NCBI GenBank assembly: GCA_035533655.1
Contig: DATLTJ010000093.1
Coordinates: forward strand, 1,988 to 65,987
Source of the DNA: Candidatus Acidiferrales bacterium
GTDB taxonomy: Bacteria; Chloroflexota; Dormibacteria; Aeolococcales; Bog-877
Length of the DNA: 64,000 nucleotides
Reading direction: 5' to 3'
Below, piece by piece: positions 31,190-40,246 of this stretch. The notes beneath the pieces were generated by a model, which was not told where the DNA came from, ran no database searches, and saw nothing but the letters and a program-made list of their open reading frames with translations. A program made the position numbers and the translations under genes. Position 1 is the first letter of the stretch; each line of letters opens with the position of its first letter.

Positions 31190-31385
31190 GTCTTCGCGGC
31201 CGACTGGGACGGGGTGGGAGCCCGGCGGCCCCCACCCACAGCCCGGTTGGAAATGGCCTTGGTGCCCGTCACTAGGCGCCGGCCGGGGCGACGGCCGGCT
31301 GGTCCATAATCGCGGCCGTCTTCCTGCTCTCCTCGCCCAGGATGGAGCAGAGCTGGCCCAACTTTTCGGGCGCGGTCTTGGAGAG

Positions 31386-31766
31386 TTAGCCCACCAACAA
31401 TATCCCCAACACCAGCCAGCCCAGGTTGCGGTAGGGCACAGAGGCGTGGGGCGCCGACGGTACCGCTCCCGCGTCGACGGAGCGGTACCCGGCGAGCCCA
31501 AACACTGCGATCCCGATCACCGGAATCAGTCCGTGGACAAACAGGTGGTAGCGCTGCGCAATGCGGCGGAAGCAGACCGAGCTGCTGGCGCAGAGGAACA
31601 CATCGACGAGGCATGCCGCAATGGTGCCGACACCGGCGGAGAAGAAGTAGTTATTAGATGGGTCCACGTTCCAGAGAATGCCGCTAACAGAGGCGGACAG
31701 GGTGCCGGCCCGGCGAGACACAAGATCGAGACGCGGAAGTACTCGATCAAGGGCGCTGGTGAACAC
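31386..31766 (-). pseudogene. C-terminal fragment of an APC permease (paralog of 26587..28041)
   Basis: Only the last ~3 TM helices are present. FRRIAQRYHLFVHGLIPVIGIAVFG and NLGWLVLGILL align with FRRADFNWLTNGIIPVLGIVIDG and SLGWTVLGIFW of the intact permease. No N-terminal ~350 aa is encoded upstream. Confidence 0.5.
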
Positions 31767-31993
31767 GCTCGCATTACGAAATCGTTGCGCAAACCACCGT
31801 TTACGCTACTTTCCAACGCTCTCGGGAACGTCAACAGGCGGTTCGAGTCGACTCTTGGCGGGGCGCGTAGGGCAACGGCTTGGCGTAGTGCCGGGGCGGC
31901 GCGCTCGGCGCCCCGTGTGGGCCGACCGCTCCCACGCGGATTGGGAGCTGCCGGCTCGTCGCGCGGACTCTAGCCGATGGAGGACGGTTCGGC

Positions 31994-32338
31994 TCACAGG
32001 ATGAGTGGATCAGCGCATGAATCGCTCGCTCGCTTCCCCCGCTGCCGTCCGGGGGTCAACTTGCGGTCGCAGACGACCAGGATCAGATCTTGGGCTCTGC
32101 CGATCACCGGAATCCCCGAGCCATAGGACCAATCGATGTCAACCGCCTGGAGCTGAATATCCTTCAGGTCGACACCGAAGCGCTTCCGGCTCTTGGGGCT
32201 GGTTACCGCTTGGAGGACAGAGCGGATGCGATCCTCGGGCACCCCCCAGTCGATGTTGAGGGGCACGGTGAAATCGAGCCCGTGGATCACGTCGTGGGTC
32301 AGCGCGCCTTGGAGCCCGCCACCGGGCGGCTTCCAATG
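31994..32338 (-). pseudogene. possible fragment of a DinB/mycothiol-maleylpyruvate-isomerase-like protein
   Basis: The open frame reads ..GALTHDVIHGLDFTVPL..IDWSYGSGIPVIGRAQDLILVVCDRKL. It resembles the C-terminal two thirds of that family, begins right after a TAG, and has no plausible N terminus. The assignment is weak. Confidence 0.3.
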
Positions 32339-32686
32339 CTAGGTTGCGTTGTCCCGGAAGGCTGCACGCAATTGGTCAGTTGACATGGCGGCCGGATCCA
32401 GCCTGGCGCGACGACCGCCCTCCTCACCACCGTGTGCCACGCCGACTCCCCCATGGCCAAAGAGACCTCGGTGGTGATCACCGACTGCGGACAGCCCGGG
32501 CACCCCTCCCGGCGACCTGCCCGCCCAGGCTGCCTCGGTTTCTGCCGAGATCGACGCCGAGCAGGAGGCGGAGTCGGCGCCTGAAGCTCAAGCATCACCC
32601 AGAGAGCCTGAGCCGGGTTGGAGCCTGGTGGAGGAGCCAGAGAGAGACCACGAACGGGAGTGAGCAGTTGCTCCCGCTGAGGACGC

Positions 32687-33091
32687 TCAGGGCTCGCGCC
32701 GCTGCACCTTCAACCCCTGCAGCTTGGCGTCAAGCCGATCGAAGCTCAACAACGAGTCCAGCTGCCGGGTCTCTGTCAGTGCCACCAGATAGGCGTCAGG
32801 CCAGTCCATGCCCCGGCGGCCGTAGTGCTCCAGGGCGCGGCGCAGGAGGGCCTCGTTGTCGACCGCGATCGAGACCAGGGAGAGGGTGGCCTCCACCAGC
32901 CTGACCACCTCCTCCCGGGGCCGCTCGTACACCCCTTGGAGGACATATACGATCTCGGCCACCGTCAGGTCGGCAAGCACAAGGCTTCGGGGCGGCGCCC
33001 CCACCAGAGCCGCGGTCGCCCGGGCCGCTAGCGCTGGCGGCTGGCCGGTGAAGTGACGAAGGACGACGTTGGCGTCGAGAGCCTCGATCAC
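32687..33091 (-). CDS. vapC: type II toxin, PIN-domain ribonuclease VapC
   Basis: 134 aa with acidic PIN residues in the expected context (LDANVVLRH, LADLTVAEIVY, WPDAYLVALT, LLSFD). It overlaps the antitoxin gene by 4 nt. Confidence 0.85.
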   Translation of the reverse strand: MIEALDANVVLRHFTGQPPALAARATAALVGAPPRSLVLADLTVAEIVYVLQGVYERPREEVVRLVEATLSLVSIAVDNEALLRRALEHYGRRGMDWPDAYLVALTETRQLDSLLSFDRLDAKLQGLKVQRREP

Positions 33092-33357
33092 CCCCTGCGG
33101 CCGAGCTCTTGACGAGCGGCCTGGACCGCCCAGGCGGCGCTGCGGATACTCTCCCAGTCGGCATCAGCCAACTCCTTTGGCACCGGGACCGAACCGGCGA
33201 GGGCGAGGAAGTCGGCAGCCTTCCGAACCTGAGCTCGGCCGAGCTCAGGCTCGATCTCGAAGAGCAGCTCGTCTCCGGGGTCCAGTCCCAGAGCGCGGCG
33301 GACGGCGACCGGGATGGTCACCTGCCCCTTGGAGGTGATGCGGGCGGAAGACCCCAT
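33088..33357 (-). CDS. vapB: type II antitoxin, AbrB/MazE/SpoVT family (VapB)
   Basis: 89 aa with the N-terminal swapped-hairpin motif ITSKGQVTIPVAVRRALGLDPGDEL. It lies directly upstream of vapC. Confidence 0.85.
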   Translation of the reverse strand: MGSSARITSKGQVTIPVAVRRALGLDPGDELLFEIEPELGRAQVRKAADFLALAGSVPVPKELADADWESIRSAAWAVQAARQELGRRG

Positions 33358-33880
33358 GTCCTTACTCTAGTGGAAGGTAAGGATCTGGGCAGAATTCCTG
33401 TCGAATTAACCTGCTGAGAAGTGGCAGTCCTCGGACCATCCCGCAGGGGGTGGTGGAGCTGACTCTCCGCGCCGGCTGCAGCCAGCGGGGTCGCCGTCCT
33501 CGTCTTGCAGGGCTGGGAGCACTACCGGTTCTACCGGTCATGCGCCGGGGGAGGTGCGACCAAGCCAGCGCATGCTGGGACGAGCTCCACGCGACCAAAT
33601 CGGCGCGTGGGTGCCGGCGGGGCTTGGGCATCCAGATCTTGGGTCTCGGGGCGACCATGGCCCCAATAGGTGAGGTGCGATTGCCTATCAGTGTGATCGC
33701 CCTCAGCCGATCACGAGGTGACCGGGGCCAGAGCTGAGGCAGAGCGGCTCGGGAGCCGGGCCCCGGAGCGAGACCAATGCCGGGTTCGGAGCCCGTGACC
33801 GGGCAGGGTTGGATCGTGGTGAGCCGCCCAGGAAAGCGGCAGCCGATTTGGTCAGCGAGGCGCCGGGGCCGGGCATTTAG

Positions 33881-34619
33881 TCAGCACCGATAGAGGCGGC
33901 TCGTGTTGCCCTCCAGGATGTCCCGCTCGACCTTCTTCAGCCAATCCTGCCTCGCGCCCTGAGCGGCCCAGCGCTGGCGGACCACCGCCCAGCCCTCCTG
34001 AATGAGCAGCGCTCCCAACCAGAAGCTCTCAGGCGTACCGTGGCCGTCGGTGCCGCATCGCACCTTGCTGGTAGGGGCCCACTCCAGGACCCGTTCGATG
34101 CGGGCGGCGACCGTCGCGGCGGCGAAGAGATTGAACATGGAAAGCTCGGCATAGACGTTGGGCTTGGCTAGGGTGAGATGGGCGAGTTCCTCACGCCAGG
34201 GGTAGAAGCCGTGGATGAGCAGGATCGTGGCTGCGCGCCCCTCCGGGGTGCGCAGCAGCTCCTCTAGGAGGGTCGGATTCGCCTCCAGCAGGCGAATGTC
34301 CGAGTCCCCCGAACCCGGTGTGGATTTGCAACGGCACGCCCAGCTCGGCTGCTTACCCGAGCGCCCACCGCAAGACCAGATCCCTCAGCGCCTTGGCGCG
34401 GCGACGAACCGGTTCATCGGTTCCGGCCCGGAGGGAAACCGAAGCCTGGTCCAGAGTTGCCCCTGGGTCGACGGCCAGCCCGGTCCGGTAGGCAATGATC
34501 GTCTTGAAGCCGAAGTAGCCACTTTGGGGGGCATCGCGCATGGCCGGCTCGACTTCGCTGAGGGATGGCCGTGACTGTCCGATCAACCCGGCCGCCGATC
34601 GCCGGACCCAAACAGCCAT
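33881..34619 (-). pseudogene. amidohydrolase-2 pseudogene (paralog of 30092..31189)
   Basis: The translation parallels the intact paralog: GFKTIIAYRTGLAVDPGATL, RRRAKALRDLVLRWALG, then an in-frame TAA where the paralog has W. LQIHTGFG follows, then a +1 shift in a G-run near 34308. The rest reads DSDIRLLEANPTLLEELLRTPEGRAATILLIHGFYPWREELAHLTLAKPNVYAELSMFNLF..RCGTDGHG. The N-terminal ~170 aa is absent. Confidence 0.7.
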
Positions 34620-34674
34620 CCTGTGCTCACGTCGGCCCCCTGGCGCTCCCTCCCAGTCGGCCGCCCGGCCGCGC

Positions 34675-35094
34675 TCACGCCTCAGCCTCCACCGCTTCCT
34701 CGAGCGGCACCGGCGGGGTGTACTCGACCTTCAGCCCCGATGCCACGGCGTTCGATCCGTTGAAAAAGTCAACCACCGCCATCAGCTCCACCAGTTCGGC
34801 ATCGCCCAGCCCCATTCCCCGGAGCGCGTCCGTGTGGCTGTGCAGGCAGTAACCGCAGTTGTTGGTGGCAGAGACCGCGATGATCTCCTTGGTCCGCCGA
34901 TCCAGCGCGCCGTCGGCCATTACCACCTTGAGCTTCTCCCAGATGACTACCAGCAGGGCCGGCTGATTGGCCAGCGCCTTCCAGTAGTTGGACACCTTGG
35001 CCAGCTTGAGGCTGGTCATGATCTCCTGGTAGACCTCCTTGACCAACCCCTCCGCCTCTGACTCCTCGACCAGATGGACTAGCGCCATCCCCAA
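34675..35094 (-). CDS. carboxymuconolactone decarboxylase (AhpD-like) family protein
   Basis: 139 aa with the AhpD-like motif SATNNCGYCLHSH. Confidence 0.8.
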   Translation of the reverse strand: MGMALVHLVEESEAEGLVKEVYQEIMTSLKLAKVSNYWKALANQPALLVVIWEKLKVVMADGALDRRTKEIIAVSATNNCGYCLHSHTDALRGMGLGDAELVELMAVVDFFNGSNAVASGLKVEYTPPVPLEEAVEAEA

Positions 35095-35115
35095 CCTCCC
35101 GGTGAGCCGGCTCGC

Positions 35116-36066
35116 TCAGTGACCAGCCGGCAGAGCCCTGGGCTCCACCGCGGTGCGCCAGCTGGCGAAATCCTCCACCTCGCCCCGCACTATCTGCAGG
35201 TACCAGTCCTGGAGTTCCCTGGTCAGCTCACCCAGCTGGCCGGCCCCAACCTGGCGGCCGTCGATGCTGGTCACCGGGGCGATCTGCACCCCGGTGCCGC
35301 AGAGGAACGCCTCGTCGGCCGCCAGCAACTCGCTGCGGTTGACCTGGCGTACCTCCATCTCCCAGCCCTTCTGCTTGACCATCGCGATCACACAGTCCCT
35401 GGTCACCCCAACCAGCAGGTCGTCGGTGACCGGCGGGGTGATCACCACCCCGTCCTGGACCATGAACAGATTGGCCGAAGAGGCCTCAGCGACCCGACCG
35501 TCATGGGTCAGCATCAGCGCCTCGTCGAAGCCCAAAGAGCGAGCCTCGTCGGCCGCCAAAGCCGCGTTGAGGTAGGCGCCGGTCGGCTTGGCCCGCGCCG
35601 GGATGGCATTGTCGTCGATCCGACGCCAGCTGGAGGTCATCAACCGCAGCCCCTTGCGGATATCCAGGTAGTCACCCATCGGCAGGGTGTAGCAGCAGAA
35701 CTCGGTGGGGATCCCGGAGAGGGTGACCTTGATGGTGTGACCGCCCTTGTAGATGATCGGGCGGATATAGGCGTCCTGCTGGTAATCGTTGCGGACCAGC
35801 AGCTCCAGGATGATCTCCTCAAACTTGGCCACGGTGAGCTCGGGATCCGGTTCCAAATGGAGGATCTTAGCCGAGCGCAAAATCCGCTGACCGTGCTCCT
35901 TGAGGCGAATCACGAAGAGCTGCTCGCGCCGATCGGTCCAGTAGGCGCGAATCCCCTCGAAGCAGCCGGTGCCGTAGTTGAAGGCGTGGGTGGTGATGGG
36001 GACTCGGGCCTGGTCCTCGGTCACGAACTCCCCGCCGAAGTAGACGATCTCACCAGGCGCGGTCAT
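35116..36066 (-). CDS. ilvE: branched-chain amino acid aminotransferase (fold-type IV)
   Basis: 316 aa. Motifs: HAFNYGTGCFEGIRAY, AYIRPI, AKPTGAYLNAALA, EASSANLFMV, GVTRD, CGTGVQIAPV. Confidence 0.9.
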   Translation of the reverse strand: MTAPGEIVYFGGEFVTEDQARVPITTHAFNYGTGCFEGIRAYWTDRREQLFVIRLKEHGQRILRSAKILHLEPDPELTVAKFEEIILELLVRNDYQQDAYIRPIIYKGGHTIKVTLSGIPTEFCCYTLPMGDYLDIRKGLRLMTSSWRRIDDNAIPARAKPTGAYLNAALAADEARSLGFDEALMLTHDGRVAEASSANLFMVQDGVVITPPVTDDLLVGVTRDCVIAMVKQKGWEMEVRQVNRSELLAADEAFLCGTGVQIAPVTSIDGRQVGAGQLGELTRELQDWYLQIVRGEVEDFASWRTAVEPRALPAGH

Positions 36067-36845
36067 ACGTACCTCCCCATGCCACCGCTGACGTCGATCG
36101 ACGCCCCGGTGATGTAGCTGGCCCGGGAGCTGGCCAGAAAGGCGACCAGCCCTGAAACTTCATCGGCTTCGCCGAACCGCCCCAGGGGGACGTCGGCGGC
36201 CGCGATCTGCGCCAGGAACTCGTCCTCACTCAGCTGGGGTGCCCGCCGCTGGTGAATGTTCCGCCACTGGGGCGTGCGGACAAAGCCGATGTTGACGCTG
36301 TTGACCAGGATCCCCTCCGGCGCCAGCTCCATGGCCAGGGCCTTGTTGAAGGCCAGGCAGGCCGCCCGGTCCACCGAGGTGGCAAAGAAGGCGGGATCGG
36401 GCTGCCGCCCGTAGATCGCGTTGATGTTGATGATGGCTCCCCCTCCGGCCTGGCGCAGATGGGGCAGCGCAGCCCGACTGCAGCGCAGCTGGGAGAAGAG
36501 CTTGACCTCCAGGTCCGCCTGGAAGTCGGCATCGGTCAAGGTCGCGAAGCTCCCGGGATGGGCCCGGCCGGCGTTGTTCACCAGCAGATCGAGGCCACCC
36601 AGCTCCGCCACCGAGTGGCCGATAAAACCCTTGACCTGGTCCGCATCGGTCACGTCAGCGACCTGGGCCACCACCTGGCCCCCGCCCTGGCGCAGCTCCT
36701 CTGCCGTGGCCTCGAGCTCGTCCTGATTCCGAGAGCAGATCGCCACCGCCGCTCCCTCGGCGAGCAGCTCCTTGGCGATGGCCGCGCCCAGACCTTTGGA
36801 GCCCCCGGTCACGATCGCCCGCCGGCCTTGGAGCTGGAGGTCCAC
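36063..36845 (-). CDS. SDR family oxidoreductase
   Basis: Motifs: AIVTGGSKGLGAAIA, NNAG, and a Rossmann/SDR layout. It overlaps ilvE by 4 nt. Confidence 0.85.
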   Translation of the reverse strand: MDLQLQGRRAIVTGGSKGLGAAIAKELLAEGAAVAICSRNQDELEATAEELRQGGGQVVAQVADVTDADQVKGFIGHSVAELGGLDLLVNNAGRAHPGSFATLTDADFQADLEVKLFSQLRCSRAALPHLRQAGGGAIININAIYGRQPDPAFFATSVDRAACLAFNKALAMELAPEGILVNSVNIGFVRTPQWRNIHQRRAPQLSEDEFLAQIAAADVPLGRFGEADEVSGLVAFLASSRASYITGASIDVSGGMGRYV

Positions 36846-36848
36846 CAG

Positions 36849-37271
36849 CTAGCCATCCGCCTGGGGTAGGCCCTGGCCCTGCAGGGCCAGCAGCGCCTGA
36901 CGGGGTGGGTTGAAGACGTCGTACTCGTGGCAGGGAACTTCCCCGGTCTTGGCCCCGTGGGGGACATTGGCCGGGATCACCGCCACCATCCCGGGCTTGA
37001 GCAGGCGCACCTCCCGGTCGATCTGGAACTGCAGCTCGCCCTCGACCACCAAGGTGAGCTGCTCCTCGTCGTGGCTGTGCATGGGTGCCTCGGTGTGGGG
37101 CGCGAAGCGCACGGAGTTGAGCATGGTGATCTCGCCCAGCGCCGGCCGGAACTCCAGGCCGGGTACGAATACGACCGGTTCGACATCTTGGGCCAGGTCG
37201 ACGAAGTGGCCCTTGCTGGTAGGAGCCTTGCCCGATCCGGGTTCGGCGAAGTACTGATCCGCGAGGCTCAT
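36849..37271 (-). CDS. cupin domain protein
   Basis: The start was re-picked to ATG 37271. Cupin motifs: APMHSHDEEQLTLVVEGEL and PGMVAVIPANVPHGA. Confidence 0.8.
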   Translation of the reverse strand: MSLADQYFAEPGSGKAPTSKGHFVDLAQDVEPVVFVPGLEFRPALGEITMLNSVRFAPHTEAPMHSHDEEQLTLVVEGELQFQIDREVRLLKPGMVAVIPANVPHGAKTGEVPCHEYDVFNPPRQALLALQGQGLPQADG

Positions 37272-37452
37272 AGCTGGTCTCCCCTCGATGCACCGGAGCC
37301 GGCAGTCTCCACCGGCCCCTCGAATCCCGCTGTCATCATCCCCACCGCCCGAGCAGGCGCCCCGCCCGGCCCGAGTCGCAAATGATAGCCCAATTACACC
37401 TTTACCGATAACATGAAAACGTGGCAAACGAAGCGTTCCTCGCGACCTAGCG

Positions 37453-38064
37453 GTGAAACCAGTTCGCCACCTTACTGATGGTGACTCAGACGTGAGCCCC
37501 GTCGGGGCGCTTCACGGGCCCCCGGCAACCCCGGATCAGACCGACCTCCAGATCCTGGTGCTGCTGCTGCGCGACGCCCGCCGGTCGGTGCGCGGGATCG
37601 CCGCCGAGGTCGGCATGTCGGCCCCCGCGGTTGCCGAGCGGATCGGCCGGCTGGAGCGCCAGGGAGTGATCCGGGGCTACCGAGCGGAGATCGACTGGGG
37701 CCGCCTTGGCTACGGCCTCTTGGTGTACATCCGGGTCACCGGGGTGCAGGGTAGTGAGCAGTCCGCGACCGTGACTCAGCTGCGGCAGCTACCCGAGGTG
37801 GAGCAGGTGGAGGTGGTGACCGGTGACTCCGACCTCCTGGTGCGGCTGCGGGCCCGAGACCAGCAGCACCTGCGTGAGCTGCTCTTCGAGCGGGTCTGGA
37901 AGGTCAGCGGGATCGAGCGCACCGAGACGCTGCTCTGCCTCGGCGAGCTGCCCCCGAAATCGTTCGACCTGGAGCTGACCGAGTCGCTGCTGGCCGAAAT
38001 CGGTCTGGATCCGTCCCGTCCAGGGGGGAGCAACGGCGCCCGGGAGGCCAAGCCTCGTGTGTGA
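37453..38064 (+). CDS. Lrp/AsnC family transcriptional regulator
   Basis: HTH region (LDLQILVLLLRDARRSVRGIAAEVGMSAPAVAERIGRLERQGVIRGY) plus a RAM/AsnC_trans_reg domain. It is divergent from the cupin-SDR-ilvE-CMD operon. The start is uncertain (GTG 37453 or 37492). Confidence 0.85.
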   Translation: MKPVRHLTDGDSDVSPVGALHGPPATPDQTDLQILVLLLRDARRSVRGIAAEVGMSAPAVAERIGRLERQGVIRGYRAEIDWGRLGYGLLVYIRVTGVQGSEQSATVTQLRQLPEVEQVEVVTGDSDLLVRLRARDQQHLRELLFERVWKVSGIERTETLLCLGELPPKSFDLELTESLLAEIGLDPSRPGGSNGAREAKPRV

Positions 38065-38788
38065 GATCTTGGTCGTCGTCTGGCCCGAGCCACAGCCGTT
38101 CGAGCGGGTGCTGCCCTGGGGACTCGAGTTGGAGCGCCTCGGGATCGGCGGCTTCGGTTGGGGTCTGGCCTGGCGAGAGCAGAGCCGGGTGCGCCGGTAC
38201 CGCGACCCCGGCCAGCTGAGCGACGACCACTCCGGCCAGCGCGAGCTGCGCACTGTCAGCTCCACCCATTACTTGCTCCATCTCCGGCGGCCCTCCCAGC
38301 TCAGCACCGTGTCCCTGGCCGACACCCAGCCCTTCGTGGCGGACGACGGCTCCTTCGCCTTCGCCCACAACGGGCGGCTGGCGGGAGCACCCACCTTCCG
38401 CCTCCGCTACCCGGGCAAGCTGGACGGCCAGGCGGACAGCGAGGTCGGCTTCAGGCTCTGCGAGACATTCCTCGGCGTAGGCATGAAGCCGGCGGCCGCC
38501 CTCCAGGAGGTGCACCGGCAGATGGGTGGGCAGGCCAACCTGGGCTTCCTGGCCGCCGAGGGTGCGGCCCTGCTCTATGCCGGTAATCCGGAAAACGATG
38601 GCTGGCGCTTCGACCTGGAGGGAGCCGAGGTCGCCAGCACCGCCCTGCACTCAGCGGACGAGGCCATCTTCAGCCTCTGCTTCCCCAACGCCAGCCACCG
38701 GGTTAGGCTGGCTGCCGGAGAAGTGGGGTCGCTGGGACTTCGCCCGGCCCCCCGCCCGTCGGCGTCTGGGGTGACCGTCAACGGCTGA
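38057..38788 (+). CDS. class II (Ntn-type) glutamine amidotransferase
   Basis: The N terminus reads M-C-E-I-L, with Cys2 as nucleophile. Other motifs: LHLRRPS, TQPFVADDGSFAFAHNGRL. The GTG start overlaps the end of the Lrp gene. Confidence 0.8.
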   Translation: MCEILVVVWPEPQPFERVLPWGLELERLGIGGFGWGLAWREQSRVRRYRDPGQLSDDHSGQRELRTVSSTHYLLHLRRPSQLSTVSLADTQPFVADDGSFAFAHNGRLAGAPTFRLRYPGKLDGQADSEVGFRLCETFLGVGMKPAAALQEVHRQMGGQANLGFLAAEGAALLYAGNPENDGWRFDLEGAEVASTALHSADEAIFSLCFPNASHRVRLAAGEVGSLGLRPAPRPSASGVTVNG

Positions 38789-38821
38789 GCGGCGGGAGAG
38801 GTTGAAGTGGAGGCGAGGTAG

Positions 38822-39465
38822 ATGACCAGCATGTCAGTGCAGGACTTGGCGGTCGGCAAGGCGGGCTTCATCGAGCAGCACGGCCTCTTCACCGACGCCA
38901 TGCAGGCGGCCGCCGAGCGCGCCGCCGCCCTGGTCTCCGACCGCGGCATTCGAACGGTTCGGATTGGGGTGGTGGATCAGCATGGGGCGGTCCGCTGCAA
39001 GTTCGTCTCCGCCCACGATTTCCTGCTGTCGTTGCGCAACGGCATCGACTTTTCCGGGGCCATCCTGAGCCTCGACACCGCCCACAAAGTCTTTCCCCCC
39101 GCCTTCGTGGAGGGAGGTGGATTCGGTATTCCCGAGCTGACCGGATTCCCCGATGTGGTCTTGGTCCCCGACCCGACCACATTTCAGATCCTGCCCTGGG
39201 CCAACCAGAGCGCCTGGGTGCTGTCGGACGCCTACTTCGGCAACGGCAAGCTGGTGGCGCTCTTCACCCGCCAGGTGCTGCGCCGGCAGCTGGAGCTGAC
39301 GCGGGAGCTGGGCTTCGAGTACGCCGCCGGGCTGGAGGTGGAGTTCTACACCTTTCGCCGCGAACAGCTGAAGATCGGCATCAACGAGACCGGCTGGCCG
39401 CCCCCAGCGCCGACCCAGTCGAGGTCACCGAGTGGGAGCAGAACGAATACTTTGAAGTCTTCTAG
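38822..39465 (+). pseudogene. glutamine synthetase-like (gamma-glutamyl ligase) gene with large internal deletion
   Basis: The N-terminal ~190 aa is GS-like (IRTVRIGVVDQHGAVRCKF, PDPTTFQILPW, GLEVEFYTF). The reading frame then decays, and the typical GS-family C terminus ..DPVEVTEWEQNEYFEVF-stop appears in the +1 frame ending at 39465. A full-length GS would be ~450 aa, and only ~215 codons of space exist. Confidence 0.65.
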
Positions 39466-39492
39466 TCGCCCTTCCGCCGGCGGGAGCCGCTA

Positions 39493-39849
39493 GTGGACTC
39501 GGCACCCGACCTACCCGCGCCCCGGCCGATCCAGCACCTGGTCCTCTTCCGGCTCCGGGACGAGCCCGGCTCCGAAGTCGAAGAGGAGATGCGCCGCCAG
39601 ATTCTCAAGTGGGCGGGGCTGCCAGGGCTGCGCCGGCTGCGCTTTGGCAGGGACACCCTGGAGCGAGCCGATGGCTACCAGTTCGGGCTCTTCACGGAGT
39701 TCAGCGACCCCCAAGCCTATGCCGCCTACCTGGTCCATCCCCTGCATCAAAGCTTCCTGGCCTGGGTATCAGAGCGTCCCTTCGACGTGATCCGCTTCGA
39801 CTACCCGCTGACGGAGGCGACCTGCCTGCAGGAGCCGGCTGGGGACTGA
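39493..39849 (+). CDS. Dabb (stress-responsive alpha/beta barrel) family protein
   Basis: 118 aa. Motifs: IQHLVLFRL, LRFGRD, GYQFGLFTEFSDPQAYAAYLVHPLHQSF. Confidence 0.8.
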   Translation: MDSAPDLPAPRPIQHLVLFRLRDEPGSEVEEEMRRQILKWAGLPGLRRLRFGRDTLERADGYQFGLFTEFSDPQAYAAYLVHPLHQSFLAWVSERPFDVIRFDYPLTEATCLQEPAGD

Positions 39850-40202
39850 GTTCGGCCCACCCCGCCCGTCCGGGGGCGACGGGGGAGCGCCGCACTCGAA
39901 CCGCCACGCTCGTGTTCGCTGTGACTTCTTGGGTGTTCGGAGCCACGCCATCTCCGGGCGGCTGTTCCGTCTCTGGGGATCACCCGGATCGGGGAAGAAC
40001 CCCTTGGCCCAGCGCCCGGCCGTACAGCACCCGGCGATCCGCCTGTGGGGCGCCGGGTGCCTGACCCAACCTGGCGGTATATCAGCCGTGCGGTTCTAGG
40101 AACTCTGGCAGCGACTGGAGGTCGGCAATCAGGGGGAGAGCGGGGGAATCGCACTCAGCCGCCCCAATCAGCTCGAGCTCTTCGACCCCGCCGGGTAACG
40201 GT

Positions 40203-40238
40203 CGAGGTCTCTCCGGACGGTGGGCCGGAGAGACCTCG
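40203..40238 (-). terminator. stem-loop immediately downstream of thrC (possible intrinsic terminator, no U-tract)
   Basis: A 14-bp perfect stem, CGAGGTCTCTCCGG / CCGGAGAGACCTCG, with an 8-nt loop, lies 8 nt after the thrC stop in the convergent gap. Confidence 0.45.
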
Positions 40239-40246
40239 GCTGGGCA

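Noticed and set aside
31830-31860. A GGTTCGAGTC motif resembling a tRNA T-loop. A CGAACCGCC motif near 39895-39910 looks similar on the other strand.
   Set aside because: No complementary T-stem, acceptor stem, anticodon arm or D-arm could be built around either motif. I therefore call no tRNA in this window.
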